From the NCBI GenBank assembly GCA_020184695.1, contig JAANOX010000142.1:62001-126000 (forward strand): a stretch of 64,000 bases of DNA. The letters are read 5' to 3'. Below the pieces are notes generated by a model. The model worked only from the letters and a program-made list of their open reading frames with translations. It was not told the DNA's origin and searched no databases. Of the stretch, positions 8,608 to 18,910 are shown piece by piece. Both the position numbers and the translations under genes were made by a program. Source of the stretch: Histomonas meleagridis 2922-C6/04-290x. Lineage: Eukaryota > Protista > Parabasalia. Every line of letters starts with the position of its first letter. Position 1 is the first letter of the stretch.

Positions 8608-10675
8608 ATGATGGAACCCAATCCCAATGAAAAAGAATGTAAACAAAATATGTATGAATTTGTAACATTGCAATCGATCGAACATTCATTCCTTAATTTA
8701 AACAAAGAAAATATTATGCAAGCTGCAAAATCAATCATTGAAAAATTTGATGATATTTATCCGAATTCTTTTTGTACGATTATCATCCAGATTATGCATG
8801 GAATTATAAAACTACGATTAGATGATATTGATTTATATTTGAATTTCCTCAATGAATTTAAAAAATTAGAAGAGAAATTTCAAAAAGAAATTAATCTTTT
8901 TGATAAATATGTGAATTTTCTTCTTAATGAAGATACGCAAGAGTCATGTTATGTTCTTCAGACAATGATTGATAAGAACTTACTTGATCAAAAAATTGTT
9001 CAAAATTCAAAAAATCCATATTTTTTGCAATATATGTCAAAAGAGAATATAAGAGAAGTCCTAAGTTATGAATTTCATTATCAATATTTAAGAAAGCATT
9101 ATGAAGAACTATCAAAGAATAATTTTGAACTTCATAAACAATTAATTAAAGAAGGACATAATCCAAGTGAAATTGCAACAATAATTCGAAATGATGATAT
9201 AGAAAAACTCCAAGAAATATCATCACAAAATGATTTTGATTTTAATCAATTGGTTGAACAATCACCTTATGAAAGATGTGATTTAATTAATCAATGGTTT
9301 GTTACATTAATTAAATATGCAACATTTTTTGGATCTGTTAAATGTTTTAAATATTTGCTGACAAAAGGTGCAGATGTGAAATATGCAGGTGAATATGCTA
9401 TTGCAAGTGGAAATCTTGAAATCATTGATTTATGTAAAGAAAATAATTCACCATTTTATGGGGCATTTAAAATAGCAATTGAATTTCGCAAAAATGATAT
9501 CTTTAAATATATATTTTGTATAAAAGATTAGAAAATATTTCTATAGATGAAATTGGAGCAAAATGTATTGAATATCATAATTAAGAATTTTTTTCATTTT
9601 TAGAAAAAGAAGGAATGAAAATTAATAAATATATTATCAATGAATCAGCAAAATATGGAAATATTTTTCTTGTCAAATATTTTCTTAAATCTAGAAAAAC
9701 TCCAAAAAATATTCTTGTTTTCTCTTCAGGATCTGGAAATATTGAACTTGTGAAATATTTTTTAGAACAAAAAACATTTGATATTAATGCTAAAGATATT
9801 TATTTGTTTTATTTAGAATTTATTTTAATAATTTTATATTTCAAAAGGATATTTGGAAATTATTTAAATTATTATATACAGCACTTATGAATGCATCTTT
9901 AAATGACAGAATAGAAATTGTTAAATTACTTCTTGAACAAGAAGGAATTGATGTTAATGCTGAAGGAATTGATTTTCTTTATTTGTAATAAATCTTAATA
10001 ATTTTATATTTCAAAATAATATTTGGAAATTATTTAATGTATTTAGGTCAGTACTTATGTTGGCATCTGAAAGTTGTTGTACAAAAATAGTTAAATTACT
10101 TCTTGAACATGAAGAAATTGATCTTAATGTTAAAGATGTTATTAAATTTATCCTGAAATTTAATTTAATATTATTATATTTTATGATAAAATTTGAAAAT
10201 TATTTTGAATATTTTATACAGCACTTATTTTAGCATCTGAAAGTGGTTATCCAAAAATAGTTAAATTACTTCTTGAACAAGAAGGAATTGATATTAATGC
10301 ACAAAATATTTATTTATTTTATTTGAAATTTATTTTAATAATTTTGGGATGTTTCAAAATAATATTTGGAAATTATATTAAATATTTGAAACAGCACTTA
10401 AGAAAGCATCTGAAAAAGGTTACACGAAAATAGTTAAATTACTTATTGAACATAAAGAATTGGATGTTAGTGCCTGAAACAAAATTTATTTTAATATTTT
10501 CTTATTTCAAAATAATATTTAATACAGCACTTATGATTGCATTTTCAAATGGTAACGCAGAAATTGTCAAATTATTACCCGAACATAAGAAAATTGATGT
10601 TAATGTAAAAGAAATTTATTTGTTTTATATGAAATGAACTCCTATGATAAAGAAAGAAAAAGATTTAAAACATGA
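8608..10675 (+). pseudogene. DUF3447-type ankyrin-repeat gene, copy 1, with 17-nt spacer-interrupted loops; probably disabled
   Basis: Typical ...YATFFGSVKCFKYLL...EYAIASGNLEII domain. Frameshift near 9520, TAA at 9582-9584, TGA at 10475-10477. After spacer removal the loops read KDRYGYTAL, EGVYGRSVL, KDEYEYTAL and QNEWDGETAL. Confidence 0.8.
9798..10630 (+). other. 19 non-canonical 17-nt spacers around 3-nt micro-exons (copy 1)
   Basis: Blocks 9798-9874, 9968-10044, 10138-10214 (4 spacers each, 20-nt period), 10308-10387 (4, one 6-nt exon), 10484-10520 (2) and 10614-10630 (1). Each counted as 17 nt; all start with a purine. Confidence 0.9.
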
Positions 10676-11131
10676 AAAAAAAAAAATGAAATGAAGTTCG
10701 AAATGTCATCATATTTTACTAAAAAATGCAATTATTTTCCTTGTTGATAAATAATGGAACAGAAAAAAAATTCATAACATTTATGTTATTAAAATCATTT
10801 ATGAACAAATTATTGCTAAGATGACTGCTTTTGGTGAAACACATTTCCATTTATGCACAATACACTATGACATCCAAATGAAATACTTTTGGTTGTGATC
10901 AAATTATTTAAATCTATTTCATTTTGAACAATTGAACTAAAGGATAGAAGGAAAGACCTCAATGATATAATTTCGAAAAAATAATTGATACATGAGATAA
11001 CATCTTCACAGATTTTCCAATAACAATTTTGTAACAATTAAAATGCATGTTGTTTTTAAATTTTTATGACATTACTTCATAAATAAATTATTCAAAATTA
11101 ATTTGTTTTCATATATTTTATTTATATAACA

Positions 11132-11497
11132 TTAAAAAACAATTAAATCATCAACTTCTGATATTTGAGTTTGATATGTATTTATTTCGCTCGCATCATC
11201 TGACGTCCAAAGTGAATCTTCTGATGTTAGTATGGTTTTAATTTGTTCTTTATTTGACCGTTTTATTATATTATTTCTTTGATTAGCTAATAGCTCAACA
11301 TGTACTTCAAAAGAAGGACTTTTAACAAATGTACTCGTTTTTCTTACAGATTTATGAATTATAAATCTATTTTTCCTGTTTTCTTTATGAGTTATACATG
11401 TTATTGAAAAACGACTTAATCTTCTTTGGAATTGATCAACTGAATCCATTTGAGATATTTCTGGATTACTTTGTAAAGGGTTTTTTGTTGCATTCAT
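11132..11497 (-). CDS. Hypothetical ORF, possibly the residual cytoplasmic tail of the decayed Cys-rich surface gene upstream
   Basis: Same strand and downstream of 12011-13024; hydrophilic; no recognised motif. Confidence 0.25.
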   Translation of the reverse strand: MNATKNPLQSNPEISQMDSVDQFQRRLSRFSITCITHKENRKNRFIIHKSVRKTSTFVKSPSFEVHVELLANQRNNIIKRSNKEQIKTILTSEDSLWTSDDASEINTYQTQISEVDDLIVF

Positions 11498-12010
11498 TAT
11501 GAAAAATAATCATAAAAATTTAAATGTTATGATGAATTTCTTAGAAATAAATTAACCATGAAATAGTTTACTAAAAACCAATATTTTATTTGCTTAATAT
11601 AAAATTACTTTAATATACTGTTTGTATGATAATAGAATTCAAAAGAATCATTATCATTATGGTTGAAGTCATATGTATTTTATTAAATGTTCAGTTTGTC
11701 TTTTTGAAAAACATTTAACACAAATCTTCTTAAAGTAAAAATTAGAATGCAGAGTACAAACCAATATACCAAACAGTTATTAAAAATACATATTTTAATT
11801 TAAGCAAATTTGGGTTTTATCATTAATTACATTTGAATTCTTAGATGAAGAACCACTCTTCAAGACCATATACCAAATTATTTCATCCAAAATCCAAAAC
11901 CTGTTTCATGGTTACGATAATTCGGTAATAATTAAAATATTTTTTAGCAACATTTATAATTCTAATGAAAACTCAAATTACTTTTATATAAAGTTTTCAA
12001 TGTGCGAACT

Positions 12011-13024
12011 TTAGTTTTTAACACATTCAGTTTGAGAAGAATTCGGGTGATATCCCTCTTTGCATTTCGCGCATGAACTTGACCCAGAGCTATAGCTAAT
12101 GGTTCCACTGGGGCATCTTTTGCATGCCGATGATGAAGTGGACCCGTATTCATCGTTGTAATAACCTGCTGGACATGCTGTGCACTTTGTAGATCCGTAT
12201 TTATCGTTATAAAATCCCCTGTTGCATTGACTGCAATATGCTGATCCCGCTGATGAGCTCGCGGTTCCTGGTCCACATATTCGACATGCCGATGAAGAAT
12301 TAGACCCGTATTCATCGTTGTAGTAACCTGCTGGACATGCAGTGCATTTTGTAGATCCGTATTTATCGTTATAAAATCCTTTGTTGCATTGGCTGCAATA
12401 TGCTGATCCCGCTGATGAGCTCGCGGTTCCTGGTCCACATATTCGACATGCTGATGATGAAGTGGAACCATATTCATCATTGTAGTAACCTGCTGGACAT
12501 GCTATGCATTTTGTAGATCCATATTCTTCATTGTAATAACCAACATTACACCGACTGCAATAGGCTGATCCCGCTGATGAGCTCGCGGTTCCTGGTCCAC
12601 ATATTCGACATGCTGATGAAGAATTAGACCCGTATTCATCGTTATAATAACCTGCTGGACATGCTATGCATTTTGTAGATCCATATTCTTCATTGTAATA
12701 TCCTTTGTTACATCTACTGCATGATGCAGATCCCGCTGATGAGCTTGCAGTTCCTGGCTCACATATTCGACATGCTGATGATGAAGTGGAACCATATTCA
12801 TCATTGTAGTAACCTGCTGGGCATGCTTTACATCTCGTGGCTCCATAATCTTCATTGTAATATCCTTTGTTGCATCGATTACATGAAGATGATCCAGAAG
12901 TAGAAGTAGCAGTACCAGGAGGGCATTTTATGCAAGTTGATGATGTGGATGAACAGTATTCACCTGGATCACACGTAGGACATTTGTTTAGTATGCCGCA
13001 CCAAAGGAAGGAAAACAACAACAT
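12011..13024 (-). CDS. Secreted Cys-rich repeat protein (GCC2/GCC3 / ephrin-receptor-like CxxCxxG repeats); possibly truncated
   Basis: Signal peptide followed by CxACPAGYYNDEYGSxSSSACRICxPGT repeats; no membrane anchor before the TAA. Confidence 0.75.
   Translation of the reverse strand: MLLFSFLWCGILNKCPTCDPGEYCSSTSSTCIKCPPGTATSTSGSSSCNRCNKGYYNEDYGATRCKACPAGYYNDEYGSTSSSACRICEPGTASSSAGSASCSRCNKGYYNEEYGSTKCIACPAGYYNDEYGSNSSSACRICGPGTASSSAGSAYCSRCNVGYYNEEYGSTKCIACPAGYYNDEYGSTSSSACRICGPGTASSSAGSAYCSQCNKGFYNDKYGSTKCTACPAGYYNDEYGSNSSSACRICGPGTASSSAGSAYCSQCNRGFYNDKYGSTKCTACPAGYYNDEYGSTSSSACKRCPSGTISYSSGSSSCAKCKEGYHPNSSQTECVKN
12170..12900 (-). repeat. 162-nt (54-codon) coding tandem repeat, about 4.5 copies
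   Basis: The motif gctgatgagc recurs at 12249, 12411, 12573 and 12735 (spacing 162). Confidence 0.9.
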
Positions 13025-14184
13025 GATTGAATGAGTGGTTCGATATTTAAATGCTTTACAAAATCAAAAGTTCAAAAGTTGTTTATATTGAAATATTTCA
13101 ATAAAATTTGTGCAAACATTCAAAATGTAATCGTTTACAGCTAAGAATTGTCCCATCAATCAAACTTTCATTTCAATTTTTCTTATTAACAAAGGATGTG
13201 ACACTTCAAAAACCAACAGAACTTACACTTTTTTGGGTTATATATGCATAAATTAAGCAATATATGAGCTGTGCAAAGGCTCAAGAAAAATCTGATGGAC
13301 AATTTTGAGATAACAATGTTCTTCATTCCATTAACGGTCTCTCAAGATTTACGGTTTTAGATCAAAATTCAAACAGACTTTCTTAAATACATTTTGGATT
13401 TCTTTTTCTTATTTAATGTTTTAGTTATTTCCAATATCTTTCGCATGTTTTGTGCTTTAAAAGGAGAAGAAGGGGAAGATGAAAAAAAATGGAAATTAAA
13501 TAGAACAAAAAAGTTGATTCAACAACTATAATGGCCTAAACTGAAACAATATCGTTACACGGATTAAATCAGGTTTCTTTTATGTGTTTTCTCGATTGGT
13601 AAAAAACCAGTACTGATCGAGTTGATTTTGATCTTAATTTATTTTTTTTACAGGTTTTCTTTTATGCCACTTGTCACTTATTTTTATTCGAAGGCACTGC
13701 TGATTTTTTGCAATTAACTTAACCTTTTTTACCCGATCTACATTTGTGCAAAAGTTCGGGTTGTTTGGACTTAACGTTCGAACCTGTAACGTTGCCAAGT
13801 CAGCGTCTTTGAACCGGTACATTCAAATAAATTGAAACATTATCGACTTTGAAAACGGTTAACCGTTGCTTTGAAATTGAATTGTTGATAACCGCTACTA
13901 TGGGAGCAGGGCAAAAACCATCCCTGCTTCGATTTCGAAGTCACAAGAAATCAATCCCTTTGTATATTCCAAAAATATAGCATAGTGAATGAAGGCCTTC
14001 GAAATTTTATGCTGAGTCATTTTAAATTTGATATAAGCGCGCACAATTTTTCAAGAAACATTTAAATGTTACAAGAAGTAACGTTTATTTCAAAAAGCTG
14101 TTTTGAGTCAATTTGTGGGAAAACCTCTGAATTCGACGAAATAACTTTTACAATTGTGTTCATGAACCAAAATCCTATCTAAAA

Positions 14185-16431
14185 ATGTTCGTTTTGTCGT
14201 TCATCTTAGCTCATTGTCAATCAAGCCAAACCATAAGCTTAAATGTTCAGGTTAATACTTCATATGCATCTGGTAAAGGTGGCGCATATTTAAATTGGTC
14301 AAAAATTGAAAATCAAGAAATATATTATAAAGTTTTCCAACAAAGTTATGACACAGATACTGGTGATTATGATACTACCTGGAAACAAATCAGTACGTAT
14401 AAATCAGGTACACGTGTTAATGTTTTAAACATCTATCCGAGTCAAACTGATGGAAATAAAGGACAGAGCTCCTCATGGGCTGGGAGTTATAACACTTATG
14501 ATGTTAATTTTCAATATAAAGATGAAGAAGGATCTGATGTGTGGCATACACTCCCAAAATCAGCCTCATTAAAGATTTGGATGGAAGGAGGTATCATGAT
14601 AGATAGCGATGGTTCGAGAACCACCTTCGAACCTTATGGTATTGATACTACTACAGGTGAACAACTGATTTATGTCACACCAATTTCAATTAATGAATTT
14701 GAAGAAAGAGCAAATGATGACGAATTTCTCTACAACTATAGTGTTATTGTTTTTGGAACATGGGATGCCAGTACAGGTTATGGAATTACAACAGAAACAG
14801 CTGAAGGTGCAGTTACAAGATACATCAACAAAGGGTATGGATTTTTGGCAGGACATGATTCCATCGCATATAACTTATATATTAATGGTGTTGCAACAAG
14901 TTTACTTTCAATCAGAGATCTTTTTGGAATTAAATCTCAACAAAGTGATAACTCTTATAATGGTGTAAATATTCAATATCAATTTATCTCACAACAAACT
15001 ATTACAGTCGTTCGCAAAGGTTTATTAACAAATTATCCATATCAAATCGGCGATGTCGGAACTGTTCTCACAATTCCAACGACACATACAAATTATCAAG
15101 CAACTACAGGTGATGTTTGGATGACATTAGGAACTAATACAAATACACAAGCAGATAGTTCAGGTCTTCAACATAATTTCTATCTTACAACGAAAGATAA
15201 CACAGCAATGATTCAAACAGGTCATAGTAATTGTGAATCGACAATCGAAGAAAGGAAAATTTTTGCGAATACTATTTATTATTTAAATCAAAGGACTTAT
15301 GAAACATTTGCAGAAGATCATTCATCACAAGATTATGAATCACCAACAGTCAATCTTAAATATGATGAAAAATCATATAGAGTTAATATTAATGGTATTG
15401 ATAAAGGATCGAAATACAGATTCAAAGTTCAAGCGCTTTTAAAATCTAATGATGATGTTTATGCAGAATCTGAGCCAGTTGAAGTTGATGTTACGACAGG
15501 AGTTGATCGTTATATTTACATAGTTACAAATAATCAAAGTGTTACTGTTGATGATTTAACAAATTCAACAAAAGACAATTACATTTCTTTAAATTCACAA
15601 CAAATTACCAGTGGAATGAATGTCTTTGTTGCAGCAGTTGATGGAGCTGGAAATATTGGTGACATTGCAAATATAACTATTCCAATTCCAGATGCAACTC
15701 CTTCAAAATCACCATCACGATCACCAACAGAATCACCTTCACCATCACGTTCACCAACAGAATCGCCGACAAGATCACCTTCACGATCTCCATCACCATC
15801 AGCATCAGCATCTGTTTCGAAAACTCCATCATTATCTCAATCACCACATCCAACATTTTCACAATCACCTTTAATATCAACAGAAATGGAGACACAAAAA
15901 CATTCATATTCATATGGAATTACATTATCAAATACTTTAACAAATTCTTTAACATTGATAAATACAATTTCAATTAATAATATATATAGTTCAATCTCAA
16001 TGATTTTCACACAATTTTCCAATGATTATACATATGTTATCACTGAAATTATTTATTATGATTATACAGTTATAATGTATTCAACTTATATTTCATATTA
16101 TTTCGATTTTTATTTTATGAATGTTTATGATGGTAATGACGATAAACAAAATGAAACAGGGAAAGATACGAATATATTTTTAATCATCGGAATTGTCATT
16201 GGAATAATTGTTTTTGCTGTGATAATTGTTACGATTATTATTATTATCCGACGAAATCAAAAAATTAATTATGAAGATGAAAATGATCAAGATGATGAAA
16301 TTGATATTGACATTGGAAACTCAAATGAAACGAGGGAAATCAATAATTATTCTGGATTATCATTTAAAGATATTGAAGAAGACCCATTTGCAAATGATTT
16401 TAATGAACAAGCATTTGTTACACACATTTAA
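14185..16431 (+). CDS. Type I membrane surface protein with bacterial-like ectodomain (DUF5057-like), Ser/Pro/Thr stalk, TM helix and acidic tail
   Basis: Signal peptide; VIVFGTWDA...YINKGYGFLAGHDSI and NFYLTTKDNTAMIQTGHS...ERKIFANTIYYL; SPSRSPTESP stalk; TM IFLIIGIVIGIIVFAVIIVTIIIII; tail EEDPFANDF. Confidence 0.7.
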   Translation: MFVLSFILAHCQSSQTISLNVQVNTSYASGKGGAYLNWSKIENQEIYYKVFQQSYDTDTGDYDTTWKQISTYKSGTRVNVLNIYPSQTDGNKGQSSSWAGSYNTYDVNFQYKDEEGSDVWHTLPKSASLKIWMEGGIMIDSDGSRTTFEPYGIDTTTGEQLIYVTPISINEFEERANDDEFLYNYSVIVFGTWDASTGYGITTETAEGAVTRYINKGYGFLAGHDSIAYNLYINGVATSLLSIRDLFGIKSQQSDNSYNGVNIQYQFISQQTITVVRKGLLTNYPYQIGDVGTVLTIPTTHTNYQATTGDVWMTLGTNTNTQADSSGLQHNFYLTTKDNTAMIQTGHSNCESTIEERKIFANTIYYLNQRTYETFAEDHSSQDYESPTVNLKYDEKSYRVNINGIDKGSKYRFKVQALLKSNDDVYAESEPVEVDVTTGVDRYIYIVTNNQSVTVDDLTNSTKDNYISLNSQQITSGMNVFVAAVDGAGNIGDIANITIPIPDATPSKSPSRSPTESPSPSRSPTESPTRSPSRSPSPSASASVSKTPSLSQSPHPTFSQSPLISTEMETQKHSYSYGITLSNTLTNSLTLINTISINNIYSSISMIFTQFSNDYTYVITEIIYYDYTVIMYSTYISYYFDFYFMNVYDGNDDKQNETGKDTNIFLIIGIVIGIIVFAVIIVTIIIIIRRNQKINYEDENDQDDEIDIDIGNSNETREINNYSGLSFKDIEEDPFANDFNEQAFVTHI

Positions 16432-17047
16432 ATTTTTATTTATAAAATAATAAAATAAAGTGGCATTTTTACTATATGCCTACTTAATAAATAAAGTGCA
16501 ATAAAGTGTTTATAATATTTTTTTATTACTATATTTTGTATGAGTTGTTTTAAAACCGAGTAAAATTGAAAAAATGTCATTGTTAGGATATTTCTAACAA
16601 TCATTTTTCGAAATTTGATCTGGTTTCGACCATTCTTTTTTGAGAATCTTGGAACATTTTCTCATAATTGATCAATTTTTCGATTTTGAACATTAACTTT
16701 ATAATGAATAGATCTCCCTTAACTCTGAATTACAAAAAATTTTAACGATACAAATATATTCTCCATCACATTATAAATAAATCACTTTGCCTAAAAATTT
16801 GATTTAGGCCTTCATTGTTGAAAATACGAGAACAAATTTTGATATGAATCTCAGGGTTATGGTAATATGAATAAAAAACTTCAAATTACAAATATTTAAA
16901 AAATAAAAATAATGTTGCATATTTTACTACAAAAGAATAAAAAAAAATTATTTTTTTGGTTGCAAGATATTTTTGTTTGAAAAATGAGTTTATACTGACT
17001 AAAGAAATTTTTCTGACATATTTGAGATAAACAATAGAAAAATTTTA

Positions 17048-17707
17048 ATGGTTGAATTAGGTTCCCCCACGGAAATCACCCGCATAATGAAAATAATAGT
17101 TACTGGCGAGATGCCCGACTACATAAGTAAGTCAACGCTCATACGTTTATTTGTGGAAGGATGTCGTTTCAACGAATTTTATAAAACAACAATTGGAGTT
17201 GACTTTGCGAACAAAAAAATACAAGTAAATGACAAACTAACAGTAAATGTACAATTATGGGATATTGCTAGTCAAGAACGATATGGAAATATGAGTCATG
17301 TATATTATCAAGAATCATCTGGAGCAATTATTGTTTTCGCTGTTAATCATCCAAATGAATTTGATGGCGTTGAATTGTGGAAGAAAGATATTGAGTCGAA
17401 AGTATTCACGTCAGAAGGCAAACCAGTTCCTATACTTCTAATAGGTTGTTTAAAAGGAGATATCAATGAAAATTGGAAACCAATGGAAGCAAAATATCGT
17501 AAATATAGTGAAGAAAACGGATTTGTTGGATATTTTACAGTTGATCTCAACACAGGATCAAATGTTGAAGAATCGATAACCAAACTTGTCAATTATATTT
17601 TAGAAAACAACATAGAGCCACAAATGGATCATGAACCGATTGACCTTAAAACACCATATGTGAAGCACACAAATAACACAAAACGCGAAGTTTGTCTTGT
17701 TCAATAA
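17048..17707 (+). CDS. Divergent Rab-family small GTPase (Rab32/38-like) with degenerate nucleotide-binding motifs
   Basis: TTIGVDF switch I, QLWDIASQERYGNMSHVYY, C-terminal CLVQ prenylation box; the P-loop and NKxD motif are altered. Confidence 0.8.
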   Translation: MVELGSPTEITRIMKIIVTGEMPDYISKSTLIRLFVEGCRFNEFYKTTIGVDFANKKIQVNDKLTVNVQLWDIASQERYGNMSHVYYQESSGAIIVFAVNHPNEFDGVELWKKDIESKVFTSEGKPVPILLIGCLKGDINENWKPMEAKYRKYSEENGFVGYFTVDLNTGSNVEESITKLVNYILENNIEPQMDHEPIDLKTPYVKHTNNTKREVCLVQ

Positions 17708-17974
17708 TATATCCGATTTACCAATGAAGTATTAGTTTAATTTTGTCGGAATTTAATTTTTTTATATTTATCCATTGAATTTATAGACTTCACTCAATAT
17801 TTGTCAGGAATTTTTCTATCACTATAAACATGTTTTCGGAAAAATTATATTATATTACACATAAAAATACAATCATTGAACCTTAGATATTAGAGAGGAA
17901 ATGAAGCTGCTTCTATATTTATTTAAATTGTACATGTAAACAATTAAATATATTTCTAAAATTTAAAATTCGAA

Positions 17975-18056
17975 GACACGATGGCCGAGTGGTTAAGGCG
18001 TGGGATTAGAGTCCCCATGGGCTTGTCCCGCATCAGTTCGAATCTGGTTCGTGTCG
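17975..18056 (+). tRNA. tRNA-Ser(AGA)
   Basis: Cloverleaf GACACGA/TCGTGTC, long variable arm, TTCGAAT T-loop, anticodon loop TTAGAGT, followed by a T-run terminator. Confidence 0.9.
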
Positions 18057-18262
18057 TTTTTTTGATTTTTTTTTCATTTTTCCAAGTAAAAATCATTAAG
18101 CTTTTTTCTCTTTATATTTAAAACTCAAAAGCGCTTCCATCAGTCAATGACGAAAAAACAGATTTTTAATGAAACAAATTATTAAACGGATTTTGAAAAC
18201 TAATAAAGAATTAATATAAAAAAAAGAGTCCGAAATATGGAATGTAGAAACATAAAGTCTGT

Positions 18263-18556
18263 TTAGAAAATTGAAAGTTCACCGCTCTTGATGCCTCCTT
18301 CGTGGAAATTAAAATCAATATTAATAGTAGGTGGCGATTCACAAAGATTTGTTTGATGTTCATCATCATCATATTTACTCACATAATATTGATCTGTTTC
18401 ATCTTTAAATGGTGTTTTTGGTCTTGGAAGAATTCTTCCAATAATTGAAGGATCTTCAGTGAAGACACCGAGGAATGGTGAGGATCTGTTCTTTGTTTCT
18501 TTCTTCTGTAAGTCTTTAGCTGGTATTGGGTCACAACAAAGCCAGAGGGAATTCAT
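18263..18556 (-). CDS. Small hypothetical protein
   Basis: ATG-started 97-aa ORF with more GC than its flanks; no recognised domain. Confidence 0.4.
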   Translation of the reverse strand: MNSLWLCCDPIPAKDLQKKETKNRSSPFLGVFTEDPSIIGRILPRPKTPFKDETDQYYVSKYDDDEHQTNLCESPPTINIDFNFHEGGIKSGELSIF

Positions 18557-18910
18557 CCTCGGAATGATTTACGATAGAAATTTTAATTTAAAACTTTCTA
18601 TCATTTCTGAGTATAACCGAAATTATAATTCAATAGTGCTGGAACATCAACCGCCAATTGCTGTCAATTTTTCACAGAAACCAAGACGTTTGGCAGAAAT
18701 CCTTCATGTAAACCATTCTATTTGGCGGTTTAGATTTTCTGCTTTTGTTTGGTTAACCAAATAAAAACTGTTTAATTCAATGTTGAAAAACGATGGTTAT
18801 ATGTAACCAAAATTATCTCCCACCAAAATTGTTTTTTCTGCGCCCATTTTAATCCAGAGATAATTGTTGAAAATCAATAGTATTTTTGTTTGTTTTCCTG
18901 TGTTAGCATT

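Noticed and set aside
9798-9874. T4 gene 60-style ribosomal bypassing
   Set aside because: Bypassing needs matching take-off and landing codons; spacers end in TTT/TTC whatever the preceding codon, and four consecutive hops per repeat would be required.
9615-9890. Hydrophobic C-termini such as DIYLFYLEFILIILYFKRIFGNY in the short ankyrin ORFs as transmembrane anchors
   Set aside because: They are translations of unremoved T-rich spacers.
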